From Candidatus Velthaea sp. (GTDB lineage: Bacteria; Vulcanimicrobiota; Vulcanimicrobiia; Vulcanimicrobiales; Vulcanimicrobiaceae): a stretch of DNA of 64,000 bases. The position numbers were made by a program, and so were the translations under genes. The notes under the pieces were generated by a model that was given only the letters and a program-made list of their open reading frames with translations, did no database searches and was not told the DNA's origin. Shown in pieces: positions 9,779 through 19,162 of this stretch (the first letter of the stretch is position 1; each line of letters starts with the position of its first letter). The stretch is from positions 1 to 64,000 of the forward strand of contig CBDCCS010000010.1 in assembly GCA_965214935.1 (NCBI GenBank). The letters are read 5' to 3'.

Positions 9779-11488
9779 CTACGTTTGAGGGCGTCCGACG
9801 CGCGTGCGGGCATCGGTATACCAAACAAGTCCGGGCGCGCCGTCACGTTGTTTGCGTACGTGTTTGCGTTCGGTGTAATCGATTTCAACGCGCGGCGCGG
9901 CTTTGGCTTTGCTGTGCGTCGCCGCCAAGTCGGCTGCTAAGGTTAAGTCGGCGTCGACGGGTTCGCCACCGGCGGGCGCTTGCAACACGACGTGCGAGCC
10001 GGGAATGTTGCGCGCGTGGAACCACAAGTCTTCGGGCCGCGCGATCCGGAAGGTGACTTCAACGTTTTCACGCGGCGAGCGGCCGACATAAATGCGTGCA
10101 CCCGACGGCTGCTCGAAGCGTAGAATGGGCCGAGTTTTGCCGCGCGCGGGCGGCACGGTCGCGCGTTTGCCTTCGAGTTCGTCGAGCGCAGCGGTGATGT
10201 CGTCGAGTGCCGCGGCGTCGGCGCGTTCGTTTTCAAAGCCGAGATCGTCGAGCGATGCAAGGCGCGAGTCGAGTGCCGCAATGCGCCGTTCGAGATGCGG
10301 TAGCGCGTCGGTCGCTTTGCGATAGCGCGCGAAAAACGCTGCTGCGTTGGCCTTCGCATCGAGTTGCGGGTCGAGCGCAATCGTCAACCCGGGTTTGGTC
10401 GGCGGGTCGAAACGCGCAGCGCCCGCAGGGATTTCGTTGAGATATGTGTAGAGCGCGTCGCCCGCTGCGCGCAGTTCGTCGCGTCCGGCGGCATCGGCGC
10501 GTTTCGCAAGCACGGCGGCACGCTCGGCGTCGATAGCCGCGCGGCGCTTTGCGATCCGCGCGGTCAACGCGCTGCGCCGCCGTTCGACCCTGCTCGACGC
10601 CTTGGCGGCATCGTCGGACGCGCGCGACTGCGCGAGAAGCGGCAGCAAATGGAGGCTGCGTTCGTAACGCAGTCCGGCGTATTGCGCGAGCTTGAGGACG
10701 TGCGTTTGTACCAGGCGCTGCGCTTCGTAGTAGGCATGCACCTCGCCCAGGCCTTCGGGTTCACCGGCGGTTGAATCGATGATGCCGGTGGCCTGCGCTT
10801 CGAGCCAATCGGCCAATTGCACGGACGACGGCCACGGCACGACCTCGGCTTGAACGACGAGCGATTCGGCCAGCAGACGCGGCAGGTCGGGCCGAAAGCC
10901 GGCCAGCGCACGCACGCGCGCTCGGCGATCGCCGGCGGGCGCGGTTTGCAGTGCGACCCGAAAGCCCGCGCGATCCAAAAGCGGCGACGGTAACGGCGGC
11001 GGCGCGTAGGTTGCCCCGACTTGAATGCTGCGCGCTTCGTTTTCCGCCGGCGAAAATTGCTTGGCGGCCGCGACGATCGTCCGGTCGCGAACGACCAGCA
11101 CGTTCCCGAACCGCGGTATAAGCTCGAGAACCAAGCGCGATTCGTTCTCGACGCCGAAGCGCGACTGCGTCGTCAGCGTCACGACGAGGACGCGGTCGCC
11201 ACGGCGTGCCCGGACGCTCGTAACGCGCAATCCGCGCAGTGCACTTGAGATTGATTTAGTCCAGCCCGGATCGCCCGCGAGCGAGATCGCTTCGTTGGTC
11301 AGCGTCGCCAGCGGCGGCGAGCCGAATGCGTCAACGGCGAGGGTCGCATTGCCACGGCCGCGCAGGGCACCGACCTGCAGCGCAAAACGCCCGTCTTCGA
11401 GCAAGCCGACATCGACGACGCGTCCGCCGCGCAGCGCCCGTTCGAGTTCGATCGCAACGCGCCGGGTGAGAATCCAATCCGTGGTCAT
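9779..11488 (-). CDS. NFACT/RqcH (FbpA-like) ribosome quality control protein
   Basis: LELIPRFGNVLV, ANAAAFFARYRK, C-terminal NFACT-R (VGRSPREN...DLWFHARNIPGSHVV); start at MTTDW. Confidence 0.9.
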   Translation of the reverse strand: MTTDWILTRRVAIELERALRGGRVVDVGLLEDGRFALQVGALRGRGNATLAVDAFGSPPLATLTNEAISLAGDPGWTKSISSALRGLRVTSVRARRGDRVLVVTLTTQSRFGVENESRLVLELIPRFGNVLVVRDRTIVAAAKQFSPAENEARSIQVGATYAPPPLPSPLLDRAGFRVALQTAPAGDRRARVRALAGFRPDLPRLLAESLVVQAEVVPWPSSVQLADWLEAQATGIIDSTAGEPEGLGEVHAYYEAQRLVQTHVLKLAQYAGLRYERSLHLLPLLAQSRASDDAAKASSRVERRRSALTARIAKRRAAIDAERAAVLAKRADAAGRDELRAAGDALYTYLNEIPAGAARFDPPTKPGLTIALDPQLDAKANAAAFFARYRKATDALPHLERRIAALDSRLASLDDLGFENERADAAALDDITAALDELEGKRATVPPARGKTRPILRFEQPSGARIYVGRSPRENVEVTFRIARPEDLWFHARNIPGSHVVLQAPAGGEPVDADLTLAADLAATHSKAKAAPRVEIDYTERKHVRKQRDGAPGLVWYTDARTRVGRPQT

Positions 11489-11608
11489 GAGCAGTACGAT
11501 ACATACGCTCGGCAGCGTGGTTCGGCCCGCCGCCGGCAGGGAGACGGTCGTTGCATCGCGCACGTAACGGGTTTGCCCCGCTCGTGCGGGGTGCGTTGAG
11601 GAGGCAGG

Positions 11609-12229
11609 GTAATCTCCGGCCCCGGTCTGCTGTTCGTCGTATCGGGTCCGTCGGGAGCCGGTAAAGATACGCTCGTCGAGGCGCTCAAAGTCCGACACGG
11701 GCGATTGCTGTATTCAATTTCGTCGACGACGCGTATTCCGCGCCCGGGCGAGCGCGATGCCGTCGATTATTTTTTTCTCGACCGGGAGGAATTCGTGCGG
11801 CGCCGGGCCGGTGACGGCTTTCTGGAGTGGCGCGAATATAACGGCCATCTCTATGGGACGCCGCGTTCGTTCATCGATGAGTCGCTGAGTTCGGGCTTCG
11901 ACGTCATCATGAAGCCCGAAGTCAACGGGGCACTCGCGATCAAAGCATGTTACCCCAATGCCGTCCTTATCTTTCTGGTGCCGGACAAGTTCTCGAATCT
12001 GCGCCGGCGACTCGAAGCCCGACGGACCGAGACCAATCAGCAGATCGCCGCGCGGCTTGAAATCGCGCATCAAGAGTTGACCTTCGTCCGCAGTTTCGAC
12101 TACCTCGTCATCAACGAACAGGCCCATCCCGAGATCGCGGTGGACGATCTCGAATCAATCGTGCGCGCCGAACGATTTCGCATCCATCGACTCCCCGATA
12201 CCAAAATCAAAGAAGTGGAAAGCAATTAA
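11609..12229 (+). CDS. gmk: Guanylate kinase
   Basis: P-loop VSGPSGAGKDT upstream of TTG 11705, SSTTRIPRPGE, YGTP; precedes rpoZ. Start codon appears non-canonical (see findings). Confidence 0.93.
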   Translation, partial: VISGPGLLFVVSGPSGAGKDTLVEALKVRHGRLLYSISSTTRIPRPGERDAVDYFFLDREEFVRRRAGDGFLEWREYNGHLYGTPRSFIDESLSSGFDVIMKPEVNGALAIKACYPNAVLIFLVPDKFSNLRRRLEARRTETNQQIAARLEIAHQELTFVRSFDYLVINEQAHPEIAVDDLESIVRAERFRIHRLPDTKIKEVESN

Positions 12230-12231
12230 GT

Positions 12232-12450
12232 ATGAGCGACTCCGTTTTCGGCGACCTCGACGGTCTACTCGATCACGTCGATTCCAAATTCACCCTTGTC
12301 AACGTCGTCACCAAACGCGCCAAGCAACTCAACAACGGCGCACCGCCGCTCTCGGACAAGGTCAATCCGAACAAGCCCGTTTCGACGGCGTTCAACGAAG
12401 TTCGCTTAGGCAAGATCCCCTACAAGCGAACCCGCGAAGGCATCAAATAG
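12232..12450 (+). CDS. rpoZ: RNA polymerase omega subunit
   Basis: SKFTLVNVVTKRAKQL...KPVSTAFNEV; gmk-rpoZ synteny. Confidence 0.92.
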   Translation: MSDSVFGDLDGLLDHVDSKFTLVNVVTKRAKQLNNGAPPLSDKVNPNKPVSTAFNEVRLGKIPYKRTREGIK

Positions 12451-12554
12451 CGGAACGTCCGGGTTTTGGTTGGGGCTTCGTCGCTACGCTGCTCGTGGGC
12501 TTAAGCCCACTTCGCAGCTAGGCTCATCGCGCGCACCAAAACCCGGACGTTCCG
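12451..12554. repeat. 104-bp imperfect palindrome (REP/MITE-like) with 20-bp terminal inverted repeats
   Basis: CGGAACGTCCGGGTTTTGGT (12451-70) and its exact reverse complement (12535-54); central palindrome GTGGGCTTAAGCCCAC on the same axis. Confidence 0.8.
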
Positions 12555-13077
12555 TGCGGCTGAGGCGGGCTCGTGCTGTGCACATGTCGCGCGCTTGCTG
12601 GATTGCAGTCGTATAACGTGCGCACTTGCTTGGTGTCATTTCGCTTACTTAGGAGCGCTGCTTTGATTCGCGGCGTTTCTTCGTCTCTGCCGGCGAGTAC
12701 GCGGGCGGCGGCCGTCGGGGAGTCGGCCGGGCAGGTTGACGAAACCAATGACGCCGCTCGGCGTATGAGGTGGTAAAGCGGTAGCCACAGTTGAGCAGTA
12801 AGTGATCGCGCTTACCCGATTGCATCACCATTCCGTCAATCACGACGCGCATACGATCGCGCGCGTGCAGCGTCACGCTCGATTCGAGCCTTCGCGATGA
12901 AACGCAATCGAGTTGCCGCGTCTCAACCTAACATGAACGAGCGCGAGCGTAGACTTCCGATCGACCGTCCGCAGCATTGTGCGCGACACGCATATCGGTG
13001 CGGCACCTTGCGCCCTTCAAGCGAAGTCGCTGGTATCGACCGTCATACGTTCCTTGTCGCCATTTGGACGAGCTGAA

Positions 13078-13425
13078 ATGCAAACCGTGCTCGTTTTAAA
13101 CTTGTTTGCTTCTCTCGCATCGGCCGCTTTTGGAGCGCTCGCTTTGATGCGCCCCCAAGCGCTTTCCGGCTCAAACGCCGGCCCAAACGGCGACTCGTTC
13201 TACGTACGTATGTATGCGGCGCGCGCCATCCCGGTCGGGCTTACCGCGGGAGTTTTGCCGTTCTTTCATAAGCGCAATAACGCCTTGGCCGGCTTACTTT
13301 TCACCGCTTCGGCGATTCAAGGGTTGGACGTTGCGATTGCGATTGCCGAAAAGAAGCCGGGCATGGCCGTGGGAGCCGCAGTCGGGTCGATGGTGCACTT
13401 CGCGTGCGGCTTTGCGGTTATTTAA
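13078..13425 (+). CDS. Small membrane protein (DUF4267-like)
   Basis: About four hydrophobic segments; YVRMYAARAIP motif. Confidence 0.65.
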   Translation: MQTVLVLNLFASLASAAFGALALMRPQALSGSNAGPNGDSFYVRMYAARAIPVGLTAGVLPFFHKRNNALAGLLFTASAIQGLDVAIAIAEKKPGMAVGAAVGSMVHFACGFAVI

Positions 13426-13440
13426 ATCGTACCGCTGATA

Positions 13441-13909
13441 GTCGAAGAACGTCATCGATACCATCGGCGGCAAGGCGCCTTGGGAAGGAACGAATCCGAG
13501 AAGTACGGCCGCTGCCGCCATTGTTTCCGGCAGGCAGAAAAATCACGTGCGACGTCTTGTCGTAACGTCCATCGGGGCCGAGGGTGACAGCGTAGCGAAC
13601 GTGCCGATCTACGAGCGCTTTCTGTTTCCGACATTTTTGCGCAACGAGATGAAAGACAAACAGGCAATGGAGTTAACCGTCGAGGCGAGCGATCTCGACG
13701 GAGTTATCGTTCGACCGCCGTTCCTTACCGCCGGGTCGGCCACGGGTCACGTTCGAATCTCCGACGCGAGCACCAAAGAGAAGGCCTATAAAATAACCCG
13801 CGCCGACCTCGCTGCATTTATGGTCGAACAGATCTGCACCGACGAGCATCTTCACCGCAACCGATCTGCACCGTTACCCGTAAAGACGCCGGCGCCGGCC
13901 GGACGATAG
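13441..13909 (+). pseudogene. 5'-truncated NAD(P)H-binding (atypical SDR) gene
   Basis: VIDTIGGK...VRRLVVTS...DKQAME...IVRPPFLT...ITRADLAAF; Rossmann N-terminus absent, in-frame stop just upstream. Confidence 0.7.
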
Positions 13910-13954
13910 CTCTCTAGAGCGAGGGCGAGCCGGCGCGGCGCTCGCGTTCGTTAT

Positions 13955-14428
13955 TTAAGCGTCCGGTGCCGCGACGGCTTGGCGGAAGTCGTAGACGATC
14001 GGCGTAAAGCTATCCGCAAATTGAGCGACTTCGGTTACGCGCGCCACGACATTGGGGTCGGCACCGGCAGCAGCGAGTGCCTCGCGACTCCGCCACTGCG
14101 CATAGTTGACCACTTGGGTGCGATCGGCGCTCAGGTGAAAGTTCGCTGAAACGAACCCGGGCACGTAACGCAGCGTTTCCCGGGTTGCCCGGCCGAGTAA
14201 TTCCAGCAGTGCCTCCGCCCGATCCGGCGCGACCATATACGTGTTGATGATCGTGACGTAGCCCGCGCTTGGATCGAGCGTTGTCACGTGCGTGCCGTCG
14301 GGCGATGCCCGGTACACCGAGGCGGTCGCGTGAGCGCCCGCGGACCTGTTCTCAACTAAGCTTTGCAAGCGCGTCGAGGTGTCGACTTCGGCGCCTTCGC
14401 TGTCGAACAGATGAATCGGAGTTGCCAT
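13955..14428 (-). CDS. Antibiotic biosynthesis monooxygenase (ABM) family protein
   Basis: IINTYMV...PGFVSANFHLSADRTQVVNYAQWRS. Confidence 0.85.
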   Translation of the reverse strand: MATPIHLFDSEGAEVDTSTRLQSLVENRSAGAHATASVYRASPDGTHVTTLDPSAGYVTIINTYMVAPDRAEALLELLGRATRETLRYVPGFVSANFHLSADRTQVVNYAQWRSREALAAAGADPNVVARVTEVAQFADSFTPIVYDFRQAVAAPDA

Positions 14429-14651
14429 TGGTCGTACGTCCTCGTCCGATCGGCCAAAACACGGCCGTGCTATCGCGGTCGATCCGGGAACTGCTACCGG
14501 TCGTGTCCGCATCGTATCACGTAACGAGCGCGAAAGTGTTATCGCGATAATCGCGATTTTGTTGCGTGCAATCGCCGGCGCGCCGGCCGGGGCGGAGAGC
14601 GCGGCGCCCGTTGAGGGGCGGGTTGGACGGCGAGCCGAATTCGGGCATACG

Positions 14652-16490
14652 ATGTGCGGGATTGTCGGCTACATCGGCGCCAAGGATTCGGTGCCGATCA
14701 TTATGGATTCGCTGCGGCGCTTAGAGTACCGCGGCTACGATTCGGCGGGCATCGCCGTGATCGATGCAAACGGTACGCTGGCCGGCTCGAAAGCCGAAGG
14801 CAAGCTCGGCCGGCTTGCCGAGCGGCTCGCCAACGGCGAAGCGCTCTCGGGTTCGACCGGCATCGGGCATACACGCTGGGCCACGCACGGCCGGCCGTCG
14901 GATGCCAACGCCCACCCGCATCTCGATTGCAGCGGCCGCTTCGCGGTCGTTCATAACGGCATCATCGAAAACTACGGCATGCTGCGCGCGGAATTGCTGG
15001 CCCAAGGTCACACGTTCGTCAGTGAAACCGATACGGAGGTGCTCGCGCACCTGATCGAGCGGCATTACAGCGGCGACTTAGTGAGTGCAATTCGCCGGAC
15101 GCTGGCCGAAGTGCGCGGAGCTTTTGCGCTCGGCGTGATTTCGAGCGATGCGCCGGGGACGCTGGTGTTCGCACGCAACGGTGCCTCGCCGCTCATCGTC
15201 GGCGTCGGTGTCGACGAGATGTACGTCGCGTCCGATATCCCCGCCATGTTGCAATACACGCGCAAGATCATCGTACTCGAAGAAGGCGAAGTCGTCGAAG
15301 TCACGCGCGACGGTTACAAACTAACCGCTTTTGACGGCAAGCCGCTCGTGCGCGACGTGCAGCAAGTCATGTGGGATGCGACGTCGGCCGAGAAAGCCGG
15401 CTACAAACACTTCATGCTCAAAGAGATTTTCGAGCAGCCCAGCGTCATTAAGGAAACGCTGGCCGGGCGTATCGACGAATCCGGCGACGTGCAACTCGCT
15501 AGCGAACTCAAGATCGATGAGGGCTTGCTGCGTGCGATGACCAAGATCTCGATCACCGGCTGCGGCACCGCGTATCACGCCGGGATGGTCGGCATGTATC
15601 TCATGCGCGCGTTGTGCAAATTGCCGGTCGAAATGGAAGTGGCCTCGGAGTTTCGCTACGGCGACCGCGCGATGGACCCGCGTACGCTGACGATTGCAAT
15701 GTCGCAATCCGGTGAGACGGCCGATACCATCGAAGCGGTGCGTGTCGCCAAAGACGTCGGTGCGCCGATTCTCGGCATTTGTAACGTGGTCGGCTCGCAT
15801 CTCGCACGCCTGGCCGACGGCACGCTTTTTACGCGCGGCGGTCCCGAGATCTCGGTCGCCGCAACCAAAACGTATGTTTCGCAAGCGATTGCCGCGACGC
15901 TGTTCGCACTGTATCTCGCGCGCGTGCGGCGTTCCGCACCGCTCGAACGGCTGCGCGCGATCGCCGAGGGCACGCGCTTATTGCCGGCATCGATCGACGT
16001 CGTGCTCAATGCCAGCGACGACATAAAAAAAGTCGCGCGCAAGTTACGCAAAGCGCGGTCGGTACTCTTTCTCGGCCGCTACGTCAATTTTCCGACTGCC
16101 CTCGAAGGCGCGCTCAAACTCAAAGAGATCTCATACATTCATGCCGAGGGCTATGCGGCCGGCGAAATGAAGCACGGGCCGATAGCCTTGCTCGATTCAA
16201 AGACGCCCGTCGTCGGCGTCGTGACCGACGGCCGCGTGCGCGAAAAAATGCTATCGAATTTGGCCGAGGCCAAAGCCCGCGAAGCACCGCTTATTCTGAT
16301 CGCCAATCATGGAGATGATGAGGCAGCGGCGTTGGCCGATCACATCATCTGGGTGCCGCGCGTCGAAGAATTGCTGTCGCCGATCGTAAACGTCATCCCG
16401 TTGCAGCTCTTGGCCTATCATATCGCCGACATCGACGGCAAAGACGTCGATCAACCGCGAAATTTGGCGAAAACCGTAACCGTCGAATAG
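14652..16490 (+). CDS. glmS: Glutamine--fructose-6-phosphate transaminase
   Basis: [44 protein letters not shown]. Confidence 0.98.
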   Translation: MCGIVGYIGAKDSVPIIMDSLRRLEYRGYDSAGIAVIDANGTLAGSKAEGKLGRLAERLANGEALSGSTGIGHTRWATHGRPSDANAHPHLDCSGRFAVVHNGIIENYGMLRAELLAQGHTFVSETDTEVLAHLIERHYSGDLVSAIRRTLAEVRGAFALGVISSDAPGTLVFARNGASPLIVGVGVDEMYVASDIPAMLQYTRKIIVLEEGEVVEVTRDGYKLTAFDGKPLVRDVQQVMWDATSAEKAGYKHFMLKEIFEQPSVIKETLAGRIDESGDVQLASELKIDEGLLRAMTKISITGCGTAYHAGMVGMYLMRALCKLPVEMEVASEFRYGDRAMDPRTLTIAMSQSGETADTIEAVRVAKDVGAPILGICNVVGSHLARLADGTLFTRGGPEISVAATKTYVSQAIAATLFALYLARVRRSAPLERLRAIAEGTRLLPASIDVVLNASDDIKKVARKLRKARSVLFLGRYVNFPTALEGALKLKEISYIHAEGYAAGEMKHGPIALLDSKTPVVGVVTDGRVREKMLSNLAEAKAREAPLILIANHGDDEAAALADHIIWVPRVEELLSPIVNVIPLQLLAYHIADIDGKDVDQPRNLAKTVTVE

Positions 16491-16530
16491 CGCAAGGGCG
16501 CGGCCGACCCGCAGGCTAAAGCGGATCGGG

Positions 16531-17268
16531 ATGACCGCAACCACGTTCGTGCGGCCCGATGGGCGAAGCCCCACCGAGTTGCGACCGATCCGCTTTGAGA
16601 CCGGCTACCTCAAGTATGCCGAAGGCAGCGTGCTCGTCAGCGTCGGCGACACGCGCGTGCTATGCGCCGCGTCGGTCGAAGATCGCGTGCCGCCGTGGAT
16701 GCGCGGCCGCGGCACCGGCTGGATCACCGCTGAATATGCGATGCTGCCGCGCGCGACGAGCGAGCGCAATCAGCGCGAATCGTCCAAGGGCAAAGTCGGC
16801 GGCCGGACGCATGAAATCCAGCGCATCATCGGGCGCGCATTGCGTGCCGTCGTCGACCTCTCGAAGCTCGGCGAACGTACGTTGTGGATCGATTGCGACG
16901 TCATTCAAGCCGACGGCGGGACGCGCACCGCATCGATCACCGGCGCATATGTCGCGCTTGCACTCGCGCTGCGCAAGTCGTTCGATCGCGCCGACGCCAA
17001 GAAATGGCCGCTACGGGGAATGATTGCCGCGACGTCGGTCGGGATCGTCGGCGGCACGATGGTGCTCGACTTACCGTATGCCGAAGATAGCGCCGCCGAA
17101 GTCGACATGAACGTCGCGATGACCGATTCCGGCGCGTTCGTCGAACTGCAGGGGACCGCCGAAGGCGCGCCGTTCAGCCGGGCTCAACTCGACGGTTTGC
17201 TCGCTCTGGCGCAAGGCGGCATCCACACGCTCTTCGATCGTCAGCGCGCCGCTCTCGATCTTGCCTGA
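16531..17268 (+). CDS. rph: Ribonuclease PH
   Basis: [45 protein letters not shown]. Confidence 0.97.
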   Translation: MTATTFVRPDGRSPTELRPIRFETGYLKYAEGSVLVSVGDTRVLCAASVEDRVPPWMRGRGTGWITAEYAMLPRATSERNQRESSKGKVGGRTHEIQRIIGRALRAVVDLSKLGERTLWIDCDVIQADGGTRTASITGAYVALALALRKSFDRADAKKWPLRGMIAATSVGIVGGTMVLDLPYAEDSAAEVDMNVAMTDSGAFVELQGTAEGAPFSRAQLDGLLALAQGGIHTLFDRQRAALDLA

Positions 17269-17596
17269 ACCGGTACGCTTGCGCGCGCTCGTTGCGACGG
17301 TCGGCGAATTCTACATACGCGACCGCGCGCTAATCGCGGCACAAAAACGCATCGAGCGCGGCTTGCAAAACGGTACGCCGGACAACGCGAGCGTGCGCGC
17401 CTACCTTCGCGCGGTCGAGCGTTACTTTTCGGGCTTCCACCGGGAAGCCAAAGCGCAACTCAAACATGTCGACCGTGAACTCGAACGGTTGTATCAACGG
17501 CAATTCAACTTGACGGCCGAACGCGGCGTGACGGCGCGCCGGATCGAGGTTACGCAAGGCGTCCTTTCGTCGGTCGCGGAACTCGCCGCGCAATGA
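17261..17596 (+). CDS. Hypothetical helical/coiled-coil protein
   Basis: ORF overlaps both the rph stop and the mlaE start, suggesting translational coupling. Confidence 0.7.
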   Translation: MPEPVRLRALVATVGEFYIRDRALIAAQKRIERGLQNGTPDNASVRAYLRAVERYFSGFHREAKAQLKHVDRELERLYQRQFNLTAERGVTARRIEVTQGVLSSVAELAAQ

Positions 17597-18366
17597 GTGC
17601 GCTCGAAGACGTCGGACGCGATACGGCGGGGTTTTTCGAGTATGCGGGCGGCGTCGCCAATCTCATCGGCGAGTCCGCGACGTTCATCGGCCGGCTGCGC
17701 ATTCGCGTCAACGAGACCTTCGCACAAGCTTTTCTCTTAGGTGTGAACTCGTGGGCGATCGTGTTGCTGACGTCGCTCTTCACCGGAATGGTCTTTGCGC
17801 TAGAGTCCGCGGTGCAAGCCGTCCAATACGGCATCGGTAATCTCGTCGGCGGCTTAGTCGCCTTTACCGCCGCGCGCGAACTTGGTCCGATGCTTACCGC
17901 GGTCGTCGTCGCCGGCCGCGCCGGCGCGGCCATCGCCGCCGAATTCGGTTCGATGGTCGTCACCGAACAAATCGAAGCACTGGAGTCGCTCGGCTTATCG
18001 CCGATCCGCATGCTCGTCGTCCCGCGGCTCGTTGCGCTCGTGATCATGCTGCCGATCTTGACGGTCTTCGCGGACATCATTTCGGTGCTCGGCGGAATGG
18101 TCGTAGCGCAGATTTACGCCAACATCAGTTACGACTCGTTCATCACGTCGGTGCGCAGCACGCTGCCCTTCGGCGACGTGTTACGCGGACTCTCAAAGTC
18201 GATTGTCTTTGCGATCGTGATCGTTGCAATCGGTTCGTATCAGGGGCTGCACTCGCGCGGCGGTGCGGCCGGAGTTGGAAAAGCGACGACCGGAGCGGTC
18301 GTCACATCGATCATTTTAATTTTTATTTTCAACTTTGCGCTTTCGTATATCTTGTTCCGGCAATGA
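17593..18366 (+). CDS. mlaE: MlaE-family ABC permease
   Basis: RELGPMLTAVVVAGRAGAAIAAEFGSMVVTEQIEAL, GVGKATTGAVV. Confidence 0.93.
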   Translation: MSALEDVGRDTAGFFEYAGGVANLIGESATFIGRLRIRVNETFAQAFLLGVNSWAIVLLTSLFTGMVFALESAVQAVQYGIGNLVGGLVAFTAARELGPMLTAVVVAGRAGAAIAAEFGSMVVTEQIEALESLGLSPIRMLVVPRLVALVIMLPILTVFADIISVLGGMVVAQIYANISYDSFITSVRSTLPFGDVLRGLSKSIVFAIVIVAIGSYQGLHSRGGAAGVGKATTGAVVTSIILIFIFNFALSYILFRQ

Positions 18367-18385
18367 TGGTGCAGGTCGTGCGGTA

Positions 18386-19141
18386 ATGGCGAAGGTTTGG
18401 GCGCGGCTCGAAAACGTTAGTATCCGTTATGGCCCCAAAGTCGTCATGCAAAACTTGTCGCTCGATATCGTCGACGGCGCGATCACTTGCATCATCGGAC
18501 TTTCCGGTGCCGGTAAGTCGACGATTCTGCGCTTACTCAACGGTCTGCGCAAACCCGACGCCGGACGCGTATTTGTACTCGGCCGCGATATCACCGAAAT
18601 GCGTGAACGCGAACTGATCGACTTGCGCCGAACGATCGGCTTTTCGTTTCAATTCGCCGCACTTTTCGACTCGCTCACGATCGGTGAGAACATCGCTCTA
18701 CCGCTGCGCGAACATACCAAGCTGAGCAACGACGAGATCGAAAAGCTGGTGTCCGAGACGCTCGACGGCGTCGGCTTGAGCAATTCCGAGCAGCGCTATC
18801 CGGCCGAACTCTCCGGCGGTATGGTCAAACGCGCCGGCTTCGCCCGCGCGGTCATCACCAATCCGCAGTGCGTCCTCTACGATGAGCCGACCACCGGCCT
18901 CGATCCGATCATCACGCATCTGTTGACGAACACGATTAAGAAGCTGCGCGATCGTTTAAATGGAACGGCCGTCGTCGTCTCGCACGATCTCGGTTCGATC
19001 TACATGATGGCCGATTATGTGGCAATGCTTTTCGAGGGCGCGATCATTGCATACGGGACGGTCGACGAACTCAAGCGTTCGCCGAATCCGATCGTGCAGC
19101 AGTTTCTGGGAGGGAGTGAAGTCGGACCGATCCCGATTTAA
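18386..19141 (+). CDS. mlaF: MlaF-family ABC ATPase
   Basis: GLSGAGKST, ALFDSL, ELSGGMVKR, YDEPTTGLDP. Confidence 0.93.
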   Translation: MAKVWARLENVSIRYGPKVVMQNLSLDIVDGAITCIIGLSGAGKSTILRLLNGLRKPDAGRVFVLGRDITEMRERELIDLRRTIGFSFQFAALFDSLTIGENIALPLREHTKLSNDEIEKLVSETLDGVGLSNSEQRYPAELSGGMVKRAGFARAVITNPQCVLYDEPTTGLDPIITHLLTNTIKKLRDRLNGTAVVVSHDLGSIYMMADYVAMLFEGAIIAYGTVDELKRSPNPIVQQFLGGSEVGPIPI

Positions 19142-19162
19142 CGTCGCGATAACCGGCAAATT

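Noticed and set aside
14500..14651. glmS ribozyme upstream of glmS
   Set aside because: GC-rich hairpins exist, but I could not find the conserved AGCGCC...GACGAGG core in the right arrangement.
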